From Mustelus asterias (taxonomy: Eukaryota): a DNA stretch of 64,000 bases. The stretch lies in the NCBI RefSeq assembly GCF_964213995.1, contig NW_027592047.1, positions 1 to 64,000 on the forward strand, read 5' to 3'. Below are positions 1 to 14,190 of this stretch, in pieces (the first letter of the stretch is position 1; every line of letters starts with the position of its first letter). Below the pieces are notes generated by a model. That model was not told where the DNA came from. It worked only from the letters and a program-made list of their open reading frames with translations, and did not search any database. The translations under genes and the position numbers were made by a program.

Positions 1-1779
1 TCTCTGTGCGTGTGTGTCCGTGAGTGTGTGTTTGTGTCTCTGTGTGTGTGTGTGTCCGTGAGTGTCTGTGTGCCTCTCTCTTTGTCTGTGTGTGTGTGTG
101 TTTGTGATGATCTGTTTGAGTGGGGGAGCAGGCTCGATGGGTCAAATGGCCTCCAACTGCACATATTTGAGNNNNNNNNNNNNNNNNNNNNNNNNNNNNN
201 NNNNNNNNNNNNNNNNNNNNNNNNNNNNNNNNNNNNNNNNNNNNNNNNNNNNNNNNNNNNNNNNNNNNNNNNNNNNNNNNNNNNNNNNNNNNNNNNNNNN
301 NNNNNNNNNNNNNNNNNNNNNNNNNNNNNNNNNNNNNNNNNNNNNNNNNNNNNNNNNNNNNNNNNNNNNNNNNNNNNNNNNNNNNNNNNNNNNNNNNNNN
401 NNNTATTGACATATTTATTGACCATTTAATGTGACTGAATGCTACACATCCTGGTTTGCCGATGACACAAAACATTAGACAGCATTGTAAGCAGCGTAGC
501 TGGAAACATCACATTGCAAAGAGTTATTCATATTTTGTACATGGACAAAACTGGTGGAGAGGTTTCAGTGCAGGGAAATGTAAACTGACACAACTTAGAT
601 TTAAAAGGGATAGAACAGCGTACTTTAATAAATGATGAAATGACAGAAACAGTGGAAGCTCCAAATGTCCAGATATTTCACAGCTGGATTCACACAAAAC
701 ACACAGCAATGGATCTGATATTGCGGAATTGTTGTAAATGTGGTTAATCTCAGTACGGAGGCTGTCTTCATGTTACAATGTTAATCTGATCACTCTCATC
801 AAAACAGGATCAACATTTCTGTACAATGTGAGTGAATCATCAGCTCAAATAGTTCAGGTTCAATGTTTAAAATAACCAGTCAGTTTTCTGTGGCTGCTTT
901 GGGAATGTCAGTGGAATGTAGTTCACAGTAAAGTGTGAACAATTGTATTGGGGAATAATTGGAAGCAGTTTCCATTGAGAGCTTCCTGCATTCTGGAAAT
1001 GTGTGTGATCCATTCAGAGATAGGAAATGGACGGATGAATAAAGATGCAGTTTGTTGTGAATTACATGAGATTGTCTGCCTTGAAGATTCACAAGTTCCA
1101 TGTGCTGAGAGAAAGGAATGATTAAACAATGTCGAGAATTCAAATCCTTCAGACAAGTGAAAAAGCAGGAGAACAACTGAATCCACAAACGCTGCCACAG
1201 ACAGTATTCGAAGCTTCAACTTCATGTTTGAATGTGAAGGGCTGATTGAAATAAACAGGAGGCCACACTGGGATGCTGAGCAATTTGATTCCTGTTTTTC
1301 CTAAACTTCAAAATAAAAATCTGTGATGAAACATTCCTTGGACAGAGCAGAGGGAATTTTACTCTGTATTTAGCCCATTACAGTATTTGTGTTGGGAACA
1401 TTTGATGAACAGTGCAGATGAAACATTATTCTTAACCGCTGGAATTTAAGTTGGGGGCTGATTTAATCAAACATTGAAAATAATGAGGGAAAGGGAGAGG
1501 CTGATAAAGAACAAGTTTTTTCTGCTGGCTGGGAGCTCCAGGATTTTGGAATATTTGAATGTTAACCTCAGTTTAGAATTTTAGAATTGTAGAAATGGAA
1601 ACATTGCCAGATGTGGTGTGGAGTTAGTTTGAAACAATCTTCTGCAAATGGCTATTGATGCTCAGTCACTTGTTATTATTTTAAATCTGGGGTTGATAGA
1701 TTTTCCTTAGTCCAAGGGGTTAAGAGACAGAGAGTTAGATCACAGATCAGCCAGGATCTTATTGAATATTGGAACAGGC

Positions 1780-2260
1780 TTTCAGGAAGATTGTTCCAGA
1801 TTCCAAACACCCTCTTGATGAAGTGCTTTTCCTCACTTCACTTCTGATCCATTTCCCCATCATTTAGAATCTGTGCCCTCTAGTTCATGACCATCTCTTG
1901 AGAGGGAAGAGTTTCTCACTCTTTAACCCTTAGGATCTTGAATCTCTCTCTCAAGTCTCACCTCAGCCTTCTTTTCTCCAAGGAAAACAGTCACAACCTC
2001 TCCAATCTACCCTCGTAGCTACGGATCTTATTCCCTGGAATCATTCTTGTGAATCTCCTCTGCACTCTCTCCAATGTCTTCACATCCCTCCTCAAGTACG
2101 GTGCCCAGAACTGGGCGCAGTCTCCAGATGAGGCCTAACAAGTGTCTTATACAAGTTCAATATGAACTCCTTACTCTTGTCCTCAATTCCTCCATTAATA
2201 AAAGCTGGGATACCATATACTTCATTTACTGCTCTCTCAAAGTGCCCTGCCACCTTCACT
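1780..2260 (-). mobile_element. CR1-type LINE 3' fragment
   Basis: Reverse-strand remnant of the CR1 ORF2 C-terminus (LEYCxQFW / GLFSLEKRRLRGDL region), degenerate. Confidence 0.75.
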
Positions 2261-2399
2261 GACGTATGTACATATTAGAATCATGGAATCCCTACAGTGC
2301 AGAAGGAGGCCATACAGCCCATCGAGCCTGCGCTGACAACATTCCCACCCAGGCCCTATCCCCGTGATGCAACGTATTTACCCTGATAATACCGGCATG

Positions 2400-2880
2400 A
2401 ATTGAGAAATGGTTAACGGACAGAAAACAGAGCTGAGGTACAAATGGGTCATTTTCAGGGTGGCAGGCTGTGACCAGCGGCTTATCACAAGGATCAGTAC
2501 TCGGGAGCCCAGCTATTCACAATCCATATCATTGATTTGGACGTTTGGGATCAAATGTAATATTTCCCAGTTTGCAGATGACATGAAAGCAGGTGGAAGT
2601 GTGAGTTGTGAGGAGGATGTAGACTCTTCAAGGGGTAGTGGGAGAGGCCGAATTAGTGGTGAAACCACACACGGAGTGTTGTGGACAGTTTTATCCTCTT
2701 ACCTAAGGAAAGACATTCTTGTCCGAGAGGGACTTCAATGACATTTCACTGCATTAATTCCTGGGATGGAGGGATTGTCCTCTGAGGAAAGAAAATGGAC
2801 TTTTACTTTATGCACTTGAGAAGCATGAGAGGTGACCTCATTCAAACTTGGACACTTCTTACAGGGCTCAGCAGGGTCGA
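2400..2880 (+). mobile_element. CR1 LINE RT fragment
   Basis: ORF 2409-2741 contains ISQFADDMK and YLRKDIL, CR1 RT motifs, with internal deletions. Confidence 0.8.
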
Positions 2881-5800
2881 GTCATAGAGGTTTACAGCAT
2901 GGAAACGCGCTTTGGCCCAACTTGTCCATGCCGCCCAGTTTTTACCATTAAGCTAATCACAATTGCCTGTGTTTCGCCCATATCCCTCTATACCAATCTT
3001 ACCCATGTAACTGTCTAAATGCTTTTTAAAACATAAAATTGTACCCGCCTCTACTACTACTCTGGCAGCTCATTCCAGACACTCACCACCCTCTGTGTGA
3101 AAAGAATTGCCCCTCTGGACCCTTTTGTATCTCTCCCCTCTCACCTTAAACCTATGCCCTCTAGTTTTAGACTCCCCTACCTTTGGGAGAAGATATTGAC
3201 TATCTCGCTGATCTATGCCCCTCATTATTTTATAGACCTCTATAAAATCACCCCTCAGTCTTCTACGCTACAGGGAAAAAAGTCCCAGTCTGTGCAACCT
3301 CTCCTTAAAACCCAAACTATCATGTCCCGGTAGCATCCTAGTAAATCTTTTTTGCACTCTTTCTAGTTTAATAATATCCATTCTAAAATAGGGTGACCAG
3401 AACTGTACACAGTATTCCCAGCGTGGCCTTAACAATGTCTTGTACAACTCCAACAAGACGTCCCAACTCCTGTATTCAATGTTCTGACCAATGAAACCAA
3501 GCATGCTGAATGCCTTCTTCACCACTCTGTCCACCTGTGACTCCACTGTCAAGAAGCTATGAACCTGTACCCCGAGATCTCTTTGTTCTATAACTCTCCC
3601 CAACCCCCAAACATTAGCTGAGTAGATACAGGAAGGATGTTTCCATCAGTCTCTCCTGATAATGAACACCCCTCATCTCTGGTATCAACCTGGTGAACCT
3701 TCTCTGCACTCCCTCCAAGGCCAATATATCCTTCCGCAAATAAGGGGACCAATACTGCACACAGTATTCCAGCTGCGGCCTCACCAATGCCCTGTACAGA
3801 TGCAGCAAGTCATCTCTGCTTTTATATTCTCTCCCCCTCGCGATAAATGCCAACATCCCGTTTGCCTTCTTGATCACCTGTTGCACCTGCAGACTGGGTT
3901 TTTGCATCTCATGCACAAGGACCCCCAGGTCCCTCTGCACAGCAGCATGTTGTAATTTTTTTCCATTTAGATAATAATCCAATTTACTATTATTTCCTCC
4001 AAAGTGAATAACCTCGCATTTGTCAACGTTATACTCCATCTGCCAGATCCTCGCCCACTCACTCAGCCTGTCCAAATCTCTCTGCAGACCTTCTACGCCC
4101 TCCACACGATTCACTTTTCCACTTATCTTTGTGTCGTCTGCAAACTTTGTTACCCTACACTCAATCCCCCTCCTCCAGATCGTCGATATAAATGGTAAAT
4201 AGTTGAGGCCCCAGTACCGATCCCTGCGGCACGCCACTAGTTACCATCCGCCAACCAGAAAAGTACCCATTTATTCCGACTCTCTGCTTCCTGTGAGGAG
4301 GAATTTCTTCCCTCAGAGTTATAGAGTGGTGCAGTGAAGAAAAGGCCCTTCGACCCATTGAGTCTGCAGCAACAAGTAACTACCACTAAAGTTGTGCTCA
4401 TCCAACTTTCCATCTCTTGTACCATATCTTTGAATGTTGTGATGTTTCAAGTGCTCATCCAAATGCTTTTGAAAGGTTGTAAGGTTTCCGACCTCCACTG
4501 CCTTCCCAGGCAGTACATTCCTGATTCCCATCACCCGCTGAGTGAATGTTTTTCTCAACTCTCCTCTGAATCTCCTGCCCTTTGCCCTAAAACTATGTCC
4601 CCTCATGATTGACCTCTCAACCAAGGGGAACAGCTGTTTCCTATTCACCCTGTCCATACCCCTCATAATCTTATACACCTCAATCAGCCTTCTCTGCTCT
4701 AAAGAAAACAATCCAAACCTATCCAGTCTCTCCTTATAGCTCAAATACTCCATCCCAGGCAACTTGCTGCTGAGCCTCCTCTGTACCCCCTCTAGTGCTA
4801 TCATATCCTTCCTCTGGTGTGGTGACCAGATCTGCACACGGTACTCCAGCTGTGGCCTAACCAACGCTCTGTACAACTCCAACATTAACTCTTTGCTCTT
4901 CTACTCTGCGCCATGACTGATAAAAGCAAGTGTCTCATCTGCCTTCTTTACCACTTGATTCACCTGCTCTGCTGCCTTCAGGGATCTGTGAATAATTGCC
5001 CAAGATCCATATGTTCCTCTGAGCTTCCCAGTGTCCTGCAACTCATTAAATACTCCCTTGCCTTGTTACTGCTTCCAAAGTGCATCACCTCGCACCTATC
5101 AGGGTCAAATAACATCTGCCACTGCTCTGCCTATCTGACTAACCCAGCTATATCTTCCTGTAACCTACAACCTTCTTCACTATTAACCATCCTACCAATC
5201 TTGGTGTCATCTGGAACCTTGCTTATCATTGCCCCCACATTATCATCTGTCTCATTTATGTATAACAACAATAAGCCCCCCAGCACGGAGCCTTGTGGTG
5301 CATCACTGGACACCGGCCTCCAGCCACTCAAACAGCCTTCCAACGCCACCATTTGTGTCCAATTACTAAACCAGTTTCGGATCCATCTCGCCAAGTTTTC
5401 CTGAATTCCATGTGCTTCCAGGATGGTAAATCTTTGGAATTCCCTGTCCCAGGGGGCTGTGGAGGCTCAGTCATCGTTCACAGACTGAGATGGATAGGTT
5501 TCTACAGATTAAACATATTGCAAAGTTTCACCATCTGTGACCCCTTGTTCCAGCCTCACCCCCCACTCCACCCCGCCCCTCTCCCCACCCCCTCAGCCCC
5601 TCAGCTGGAGGAAACAACATCCCTGTATTCAGTCACTCCAGCCCGGTCAGAATTTATACATTTCAATTCGATCCCCTCTCATTCTTCGGAACTCCAGTGA
5701 ATACAGGCCCAGTCGACTCAATCTCTCCTCATACGACAATCCTGCCATCCCAGGAATCAGTCTGGTGTGCCTCCGCTGCTCTCCCTCTATGGTAAGTGCA

Positions 5801-6965
5801 GCATTTCATAGTTACAGAGACAAAACCTGTACACAATATTCCAGGTGTGGTCTCACCGAGGGCCTGTACAGCTGCAGTAAGACATCCTTGCTCCTTTCCT
5901 CAAGTTCTCTTGCAATGAAGGCCAACATATCATTTGCCTTCCTAACTGTTTGCTGTAGCTGCATGCTTGCTTTCAGTCTCTGGTGTACTAGGACACCCAG
6001 GTCCCTTTGTATATCAACATTTCCCAATCTATCACCATTTAAATAATCCTCTGCCATTCTGCTTCTCTGTCCGAAGTAGTTAAATTCTCGTTTGTCCACG
6101 TTATACAGCATCTGCCGTGCATTTACCCATTCACTCAATTTTCTGAAGTCACTGTGAAACATTTTAACATCCTTCTCACTACTCACATTCCCAACAAGTT
6201 TCATGGCATCAGCAAACTTGGAAATATTATTTTTGGTTCCCTCATCCAAATCATTGGTGTACATCTCGTGTGTGTCTCAATGTCAGCTCGGAAACATGTA
6301 CAGCACAATCCCATCCTGTTTCTGTCTCTCTATGGCTCTGTATCTGTATATATCTCTCTCTGAAATTAGAATAAAGAAAATTACAGCACAAGAACAGGCC
6401 CTTCGGCCCTCCAAGCCTGCACCAACCATGTGTGAACTAAAAACACCTCCCCTTCCAGGGACCAGATCCCTCTATTCCCATCCTATTCTTGTATTTCTCC
6501 AGACGCCCCTTAAAACTCATTATTGTATCTGCTTCCACTACCTCTCCCAGCAGCGAGTTCCAGGCACCACCACCCTCTGTGTAAAAAACTTGCCTCGTAC
6601 GTCTCCTTTAAACCTTGTCCCTCGCACCTTAAACCTGTGCCCCCGAGTAATTGACTCTTCAACCCTCGGAAAAAGCTCCTGACTATCCACTCTGTCCATG
6701 CCTCTCATAATCTTGTAGACTTCTACCAGATCACCCCCCTTGCCTCTGTCATTCCAGTGAGAACAAACCAAGTTTCTCCAAACTCTCCTCATAGCTAATG
6801 CCCTCCATACCAGGCAACATCCTGGTAAATCTTTTCTGTACCCTCTCCAAAGCCTCCACATCCTTCTAGTAGTGTGGCAACCAGAATTGAACACTATATT
6901 CCAAGTGCGGCCTAACAATGGTTCTATAAAGCTGCAACATGGCTTGCCAATTTTTAAACTCAATG
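2881..6965 (-). mobile_element. Stack of several truncated CR1 LINEs
   Basis: ORFs 3268-3603, 3614-4237, 4319-4885, 5131-5394, 5812-6264, 6538-6978 carry [32 protein letters not shown] and RGHRFK motifs. Confidence 0.92.
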
Positions 6966-7769
6966 CGTGTGGCGTCAAAATTTTGCTTATTTCCTAAATA
7001 ACACTGACAACATTTCAAAAGCGCTCCATTGTCGGTGAAACACTTTTGGAAACCCTAAAGCCATGAATAGTACTTTAGAAATGTCCATCCCCCAAGTTGC
7101 TGTGAGGACATTCAGAGTCAGTGTGTGACTTGGGTCAAAGATAGACCAGCGAGGTCTCTCCCTTAATGACATTGAGTGACTCTTTAGCTTTTTATGATGA
7201 GCAGAAACCTTTCATCTCTCTTGTGTCTAATTCATTCCAATTCTGTCCCTGACATTAATCAGTTGTGACTTTCTGTAGGAGCTGGAATGTTCTCTCTGGC
7301 GACAGAGAATCCATTGAGAGGAGAATCAGGTGTGACCTTTCTCTCCTGGAATCCATCTTTCCTGTTTGTGTCTTGTAGATTGTGTGTGGAGAGAGCAGAG
7401 GGAAAAGGCTGAGTGGATTTGTAATGAACAGGGGTTTGCTTTCATTCACAAACTGGAGCTGAAGCCAACGTGTGCAGATGTGAAGAATGGAGATCAGAAA
7501 AGGACCATGGGGAGAATTGGAGACTATTCTGCCCATCCAGATGTGCTGTCTTTTTGGAAGAGAAATCTAGTTAATCTCTATTTACAGAGGGAGAAGGGAT
7601 TCCTCCTCCATTATATATCTGTTTAGTTTTAGGCTGTCTGAGTGTGAGTGTTAGTGTGTGTGCATATTTTTCTCAATCTGCCTGTCTCTCAGTCCCCCTG
7701 GTCCCAGAATCTGTTTCTCTCTCCACAGATGCTGCCTGACCTGTTTGGTATGTTCTTATTTTCTGGTTC

Positions 7770-8260
7770 AGTATCTGAGGAGTTGCGCATGGTGCTGAAC
7801 ATTGTGCAATCATCAGCGAACATCCCCACTTCAGACCTTGTGATGGAGGGAAGGTCAGTGATGGAGCAGCTGAAGATGGTTGGGGCCTCGGACACTCACC
7901 CTGAGGAACTCCTGCAGGGACGTCCCGGGACTGAGAGGATCGGCTTTGAGATAATCGGCACATTGGGGGAAAGGTTGAAAACCAGAGGATGCTGAATTCA
8001 GGTAAATGGCGACAGCGGCAACATGAGGAAATGTTTCTAATGTAGCGAGTGTCCAGTATCTGGAATGTACTGTCTGAGCGTGAGGTGGAAGCAGATTCCA
8101 TCAAGGACTTCCAGGAGAAGTTGAATGGGAAGCTGAAGGGGAAATATTTACAGGGTGACGGGGAAAGGGTGGAGGAGTGGGAATAGTGACATTGCTCTTG
8201 CAGAGTGTCGCACTGGCTTGATGGGGCTGAATGGCCTCCTGTGCTGTCACCGTTCTATGA
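7770..8260. mobile_element. CR1-like LINE fragments (minus RT piece, then plus 3' end)
   Basis: MFADDCTMF and GVPQG on minus; degenerate RGHxxK/FFxQRV tail on plus. Confidence 0.65.
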
Positions 8261-8918
8261 TTCATATGCAAGTTATCTTTTCAGTGTCTATTAGACCCCA
8301 CTCTTTCCTCCATGATCAGTTACAGCATTTTAAGTTCAGATCCCAGAACGTTTTATTTGGGGATTTGAGGAGTGATTTGTTTTCCAGCCTGGCCGAGAAT
8401 TTGATGCTGTAACTGAAGCCACAATGGAATGATTCTGAGGTCAGATTATGATCCACTGAGACACAGCTGGCTCCGAGCTTCCCTGAAAAATGTCGCTGTT
8501 GTGTTCCCGGCCAGATGATTTCTCCGTCTTGTGTCGGCCGGCTGTGCCACAAGGATCTGGACTTTGTTCCCAGATGTTCACAATGTTTATCAATGATTTG
8601 GATGTGGGGACCTAATGTAATATTTCCAAGTTTGCGGTTGACACAAAGCTCGGTGGGAATGTGAGTTGTGAGGAAAATGCAAAGTGGCTTCAAGAGGATT
8701 TGGACAGACATTGTCTCTCAGTGCCTCTCTCAATCTGGCTCTCTCTTTCTCTCACTCCCCTTGACTCTGTCATCTGTTGGTCTCTGCATCTCTCGCTCTC
8801 TCTCTCTCTCTCTCAGTTGAGTTGAGTTGAGTGAAGCAATAACTAAGTAAAGACCAATTGTAGTATATACAGAGGGATGGCCCCATGCATTAAGAAGAGA
8901 AACTGTATCTAGTTTATA

Positions 8919-9207
8919 GGGGTGGCGCAGTGGTTAGCACTGCAGCCTCTCAGCGCCAGGGACCCGGGTTCGATTCCCGACTTGCGTCACTGTCTGTGTG
9001 GAGTCTGCATGTTCTCCCCGTGTCTGGGTTTCCTCCGAGTGCTCCGGTTTCCTCCCACAGTCTGAAAGACATGCTGTTCGGTGGATTGGCCATGCTAAAT
9101 TCTCCCTGAGTGAAGCCGAACAGCGCCGGAGTGTGGCAACTAGGGGATTTTCACAGCAACTTCATTGCAGTGTTAATGTTAGCCTACTTGTGACACTAAT
9201 AAATAAC
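8919..9207 (+). mobile_element. tRNA-derived V-SINE (HE1-like shark SINE)
   Basis: A/B-box head GGTGGCGCAGTGGTTAGC...GGTTCGATTCCC, V-domain core, tail AACTTCATTGCAGTGTTAATG...CTAATAAATA. Confidence 0.9.
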
Positions 9208-9985
9208 ATTGAAACTGTATAAAGTGTTATATACACAGATACAGTGCTGAGGTAAAGAGAAATGGAGACATGCTCCACATTCATTACCCAGACATGGTCT
9301 AGTTTATTTTTTATAAAGAGTGACATGGTTAAATGCAGTGATAATTTAAGCAGGTTCCCTCCCTAACAGCACTGTGGGTGTACCTACACCACATAGACAG
9401 CAGCGGGTTCAAGACGGCAGCTCACCACCACCTTCTCCAGGGCAACTAGGAATGGGCAATAAATGCTGACCTAGCCAGTGACACCCACATCACAAGAATC
9501 AATAAATATTCATCTAACCCAGCACATTGTCCAATGAAATATCAATCCATACATGGTATTAATACAGTGAGAACTCAAAAAGGGTTGATTGTAGTGTCCA
9601 CAGCAGCATGGTGTAATGTAGTATTCACTGAGACAACTGAGCGTATAAACAGCGACTGGGTTGAGTGCAGTGATCACTGGGAAAGGAGCGAATGTCCGGG
9701 ATTCTCCGGCTGTTCACTCGTGGGGAATTCTCTGCTCTCGTTCCCCTGCCTCTGGTTTCCTGCTAGCGTGAGGTGACTTCAATGGGAAATCCCATTGACA
9801 GCGACAGGACCAAAAACTCCCTCTGCTAGTGAACGGTGTGTCACCTCTCACTGCCCAGAAAGCTGCTGAGGGGAGACTGGAGGATCCCAGAAACTATGTT
9901 AAAAATAGTCATATTGGCAACAGCAGGAAAATATTACATCCCAAACTCAGTAATATTCACAATGATATTCTCCAATCAGCTGAAG

Positions 9986-11314
9986 GGCAGAGATTACTGA
10001 TACAAGACCCAGATTGTAATAACAGAGGGAGGTTTAGGGCAGAGATTACTGACACCAGGCCCAGACTGTAATAACTGAGAGAGGTTTAGGGCAGAGTTTG
10101 CTGAATCAAGGCCCAGATTGTAATAACTGAGAGAGGTATCGGGCAGAGATTACTGATACCAGGCCCAGATTGTAATAACTGAGAGTGGTTTAGGGCAGAG
10201 ATTACTGATACAAAGCCCAGATTGTAATGACTGAGAGAGGTTTAGGGCAGAGATTACTGATGCCAGGCCCAGATTGTAATAACAGAGAGGTTTAGGGCAA
10301 AGTTTGCTGAATCAAGGCCCAGATTGTAATAACTGAGAGAGTTGTAGGGCAGAGATTACTGACACAGTGCCCATATTGTAATAACTGAGAGAGGTTTATG
10401 GCAGAGATTACTGATACAAGTCCCAGATTGTAATAACTGAGAGAGGTTTAAGGCAGAGATTACTGATACAACGCCCAGATTGTAATAACTGAGAGAGGTT
10501 TCGGTCAGAGATTACTGATACCAGGCCCAGATTGTAATAACTGAGAGAGGTTTCGGGCAGAGTTTACTGATATAAGTCCCAGGTTGTAATAACTGAGAGA
10601 TGTTTAGGGCAGAGTTTACTGATACAAGGCCCAGATTGTAATAACTGAGAGAGGTTTAGGGCAGAGTTTACTGAATCAAGGCCCAGATTGTAATAACTGA
10701 GAGAGTTGTAGGGCAGAGATTACTGATACAAGGCCCATATTGTAATAACCGAGAGAGGTTTCGGGCAGAGATTACTGATACAAGGCCCAGATTGTAATAA
10801 CCGAGAGAGGTTTCGGGCAGAGTTTACTGATACAAAGCCCAGATTGTAATAACTGAGAGAGGTTTATGGCAGAGATTACTGAGACAAGGCCCAGATTGTA
10901 ATGACTGAGAGAGGTTTCGGGCAGAGATTACTGATACAAGGCCCAGATTGTAATAACTGAGAGAGGTTTAGGGCAGAGATTACTGATACAAGTCCCAGAT
11001 TGTAATAACTGAGAGAGGTTTCGGGCAGAGTTTACTGATACAAAGCCCAGATTGTAATAACTGAGAGAGGTTTCGGGCTAAGTTTACTGATACAAAACCC
11101 AGATTGTAATAACTGAGAGAGGGTTAGGGCAGAGATTACTGATACAAAGCCCAGATTGTAATAACTGAGAGAAGTTTCAGGCAGAGTTTACTGATACAAG
11201 GCCCAGATTGTAATAACTGAGAGAGGTTTCGGGCAGAGTTTACTGATACAAGGCCCAGATTGTAATAACTGAGAGAGGTTTCGGGCAGAGATGACTGATA
11301 CAAGGCCCAGATTG
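9986..11314 (+). repeat. 52-bp tandem satellite
   Basis: Unit GCAGAGATTACTGATACAAGGCCCAGATTGTAATAACTGAGAGAGGTTTAGG, about 25 copies, running into an N gap. Confidence 0.97.
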
Positions 11315-12230
11315 NNNNNNNNNNNNNNNNNNNNNNNNNNNNNNNNNNNNNNNNNNNNNNNNNNNNNNNNNNNNNNNNNNNNNNNNNNNNNNNNNNNNNN
11401 NNNNNNNNNNNNNNNNNNNNNNNNNNNNNNNNNNNNNNNNNNNNNNNNNNNNNNNNNNNNNNNNNNNNNNNNNNNNNNNNNNNNNNNNNNNNNNNNNNNN
11501 NNNNNNNNNNNNNNNNNNNNNNNNNNNNNNNNNNNNNNNNNNNNNNNNNNNNNNNNNNNNNNNNNNNNNNNNNNNNNNNNNNNNNNNNNNNNNNNNNNNN
11601 NNNNNNNNNNNNNNNNNNNNNNNNNNNNNNNNNNNNNNNNNNNNNNNNNNNNNNNNNNNNNNNNNNNNNNNNNNNNNNNNNNNNNNNNNNNNNNNNNNNN
11701 NNNNNNNNNNNNNNNNNNNNNNNNNNNNNNNNNNNNNNNNNNNNNNNNNNNNNNNNNNNNNNNNNNNNNNNNNNNNNNNNNNNNNNNNNNNNNNNNNNNN
11801 NNNNNNNNNNNNNNNNNNNNNNNNNNNNNNNNNNNNNNNNNNNNNNNNNNNNNNNNNNNNNNNNNNNNNNNNNNNNNNNNNNNNNNNNNNNNNNNNNNNN
11901 NNNNNNNNNNNNNNNNNNNNNNNNNNNNNNNNNNNNNNNNNNNNNNNNNNNNNNNNNNNNNNNNNNNNNNNNNNNNNNNNNNNNNNNNNNNNNNNNNNNN
12001 NNNNNNNNNNNNNNNNNNNNNNNNNNNNNNNNNNNNNNNNNNNNNNNNNNNNNNNNNNNNNNNNNNNNNNNNNNNNNNNNNNNNNNNNNNNNNNNNNNNN
12101 NNNNNNNNNNNNNNNNNNNNNNNNNNNNNNNNNNNNNNNNNNNNNNNNNNNNNNNNNNNNNNNNNNNNNNNNNNNNNNNNNNNNNNNNNNNNNNNNNNNN
12201 NNNNNNNNNNNNNNNNNNNNNNNNNNNNNN

Positions 12231-14190
12231 GACAGGGAGAGGGAGAGACAGGGAGAGGGAGAGACAGGGAGAGGGAGAGACAGGGAGAGGGAGAGACAGG
12301 GAGAGGGAGAGACAGGGAGAGGGAGAGACAGGGAGAGGGAGAGACAGGGAGAGGGAGAGACAGGGAGAGGGAGAGACAGGGAGAGGGAGACACAGGGAGA
12401 GGGAGAGACAGGGAGAGGGAGAGACAGGGAGAGGGAGAGACAGGGAGAGGGAGAGACAGGGAGAGGGAGAGACAGGGAGAGGGAGAGACAGGGAGAGGGA
12501 GAGACAGGGAGAGGGAGAGACAGGGAGAGGGAGACACAGGGAGAGGGAGAGACAGGGAGAGGGAGACACAGGGAGAGGGAGACACAGGGAGAGGGAGACA
12601 CAGGGAGAGGGAGACACAGGGAGAGGGAGACACAGGGAGAGGGAGACACAGGGAGAGGGAGACACAGGGAGAGGGAGACACAGGGAGAGGGAGACACAGG
12701 GAGAGGGAGACACAGGGAGAGGGAGACACAGGGAGAGGGAGACACAGGGAGAGGGAGACACAGGGAGAGGGAGACACAGAGAGAGGGAGACGCAGAGAGG
12801 GAGACGCAGAGAGGGAGACGCAGAGAGGGAGACGCAGAGAGGGAGACGCAGAGAGGGAGACGCAGAGAGGGAGACGCAGAGAGGGAGACGCAGAGAGGGA
12901 GACGCAGAGAGGGAGACGCAGAGAGGGAGACGCAGAGAGGGAGACGCAGAGAGGGAGACGCAGAGAGGGAGACGCAGAGAGGGAGACACAGAGAGGGAGA
13001 CACAGAGAGGGAGACACACAGAAAGAGAGAGACAGAGATAAAGAGTGGNNNNNNNNNNNNNNNNNNNNNNNNNNNNNNNNNNNNNNNNNNNNNNNNNNNN
13101 NNNNNNNNNNNNNNNNNNNNNNNNNNNNNNNNNNNNNNNNNNNNNNNNNNNNNNNNNNNNNNNNNNNNNNNNNNNNNNNNNNNNNNNNNNNNNNNNNNNN
13201 NNNNNNNNNNNNNNNNNNNNNNNNNNNNNNNNNNNNNNNNNNNNNNNNNNNNNNNNNNNNNNNNNNNNNNNNNNNNNNNNNNNNNNNNNNNNNNNNNNNN
13301 NNNNNNNNNNNNNNNNNNNNNNNNNNNNNNNNNNNNNNNNNNNNNNNNNNNNNNNNNNNNNNNNNNNNNNNNNNNNNNNNNNNNNNNNNNGAGTGAGACG
13401 CAGAGAGAGGGAGACACAGAGAGAGGGAGACAGAGAGAGAGGGAGAGACTGAGAGAGGGAGAGACTGAGAGAGGGAGAGACTGAGAGAGGGAGAGACTGA
13501 GAGAGGGAGAGACTGAGAGAGGGAGAGACTGAGAGAGGGAGAGACTGAGAGAGGGAGAGACTGAGAGTGGGAGAGACTGAGAGTGGGAGAGACTGAGAGA
13601 GGGAGAGACTGAGAGAGGGAGAGACTGAGAGAGGGAGAGACTGAGAGAGGGAGAGACTGAGAGAGGCAGAGAGACGGAGAGGCAGAGAGACGGAGAGGCA
13701 GAGAGACGGAGAGGCAGAGAGACGGAGAGGCAGAGAGAGGGAGAGACAGAGAGAGGGAGAGTTAGAGAGAGGGAGAGACACACAGAGAGAGGGAGACACA
13801 CAGAGAGAGGGAGACACACAGAGAGAGGGAGACACACAGAGAGAGGGAGACACACAGAGGGAGACACACAGAGAGAGGGAGACACACAGAGAGAGGGAGA
13901 CACACAGAGAGAGGGAGACACACAGAGAGAGGGAGACACACAGAGAGAGGGAGACACACAGAGAGAGGGAGACACACAGAGAGAGGGAGACACACAGAGA
14001 GAGGGAGACACACAGAGAGAGGGAGACACACAGAGAGGGAGACACACAGAGAGGGAGACACACAGAGAGGGAGACACACAGAGAGGGAGACACACAGAGA
14101 GGGAGACACAGAGAGAGGGAGACACAGAGAGAGGGAGACACAGAGAGAGGGAGACACAGAGAGAGGGAGACACAGAGAGAGGGAGACACA
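12231..14190 (+). repeat. Purine-rich (GA) minisatellite arrays, ~16-20-bp units, interrupted by a gap
   Basis: GACAGGGAGAGGGAGA-type units directly visible. Confidence 0.95.

Noticed and set aside
880-1225. Minus-strand ORFs with faint class-A GPCR-like words (AAFVDSVVLL, LYSSVHFL)
   Set aside because: Similarity is too weak and split across frames; an HMM search would be needed
8919-8990. tRNA-like sequence
   Set aside because: It is the Pol III head of a multicopy SINE
9986-11314. CRISPR-like regular arrays (also 39508-39896 and 61170-63465)
   Set aside because: Head-to-tail monomers with no unique spacers, no cas genes, vertebrate context
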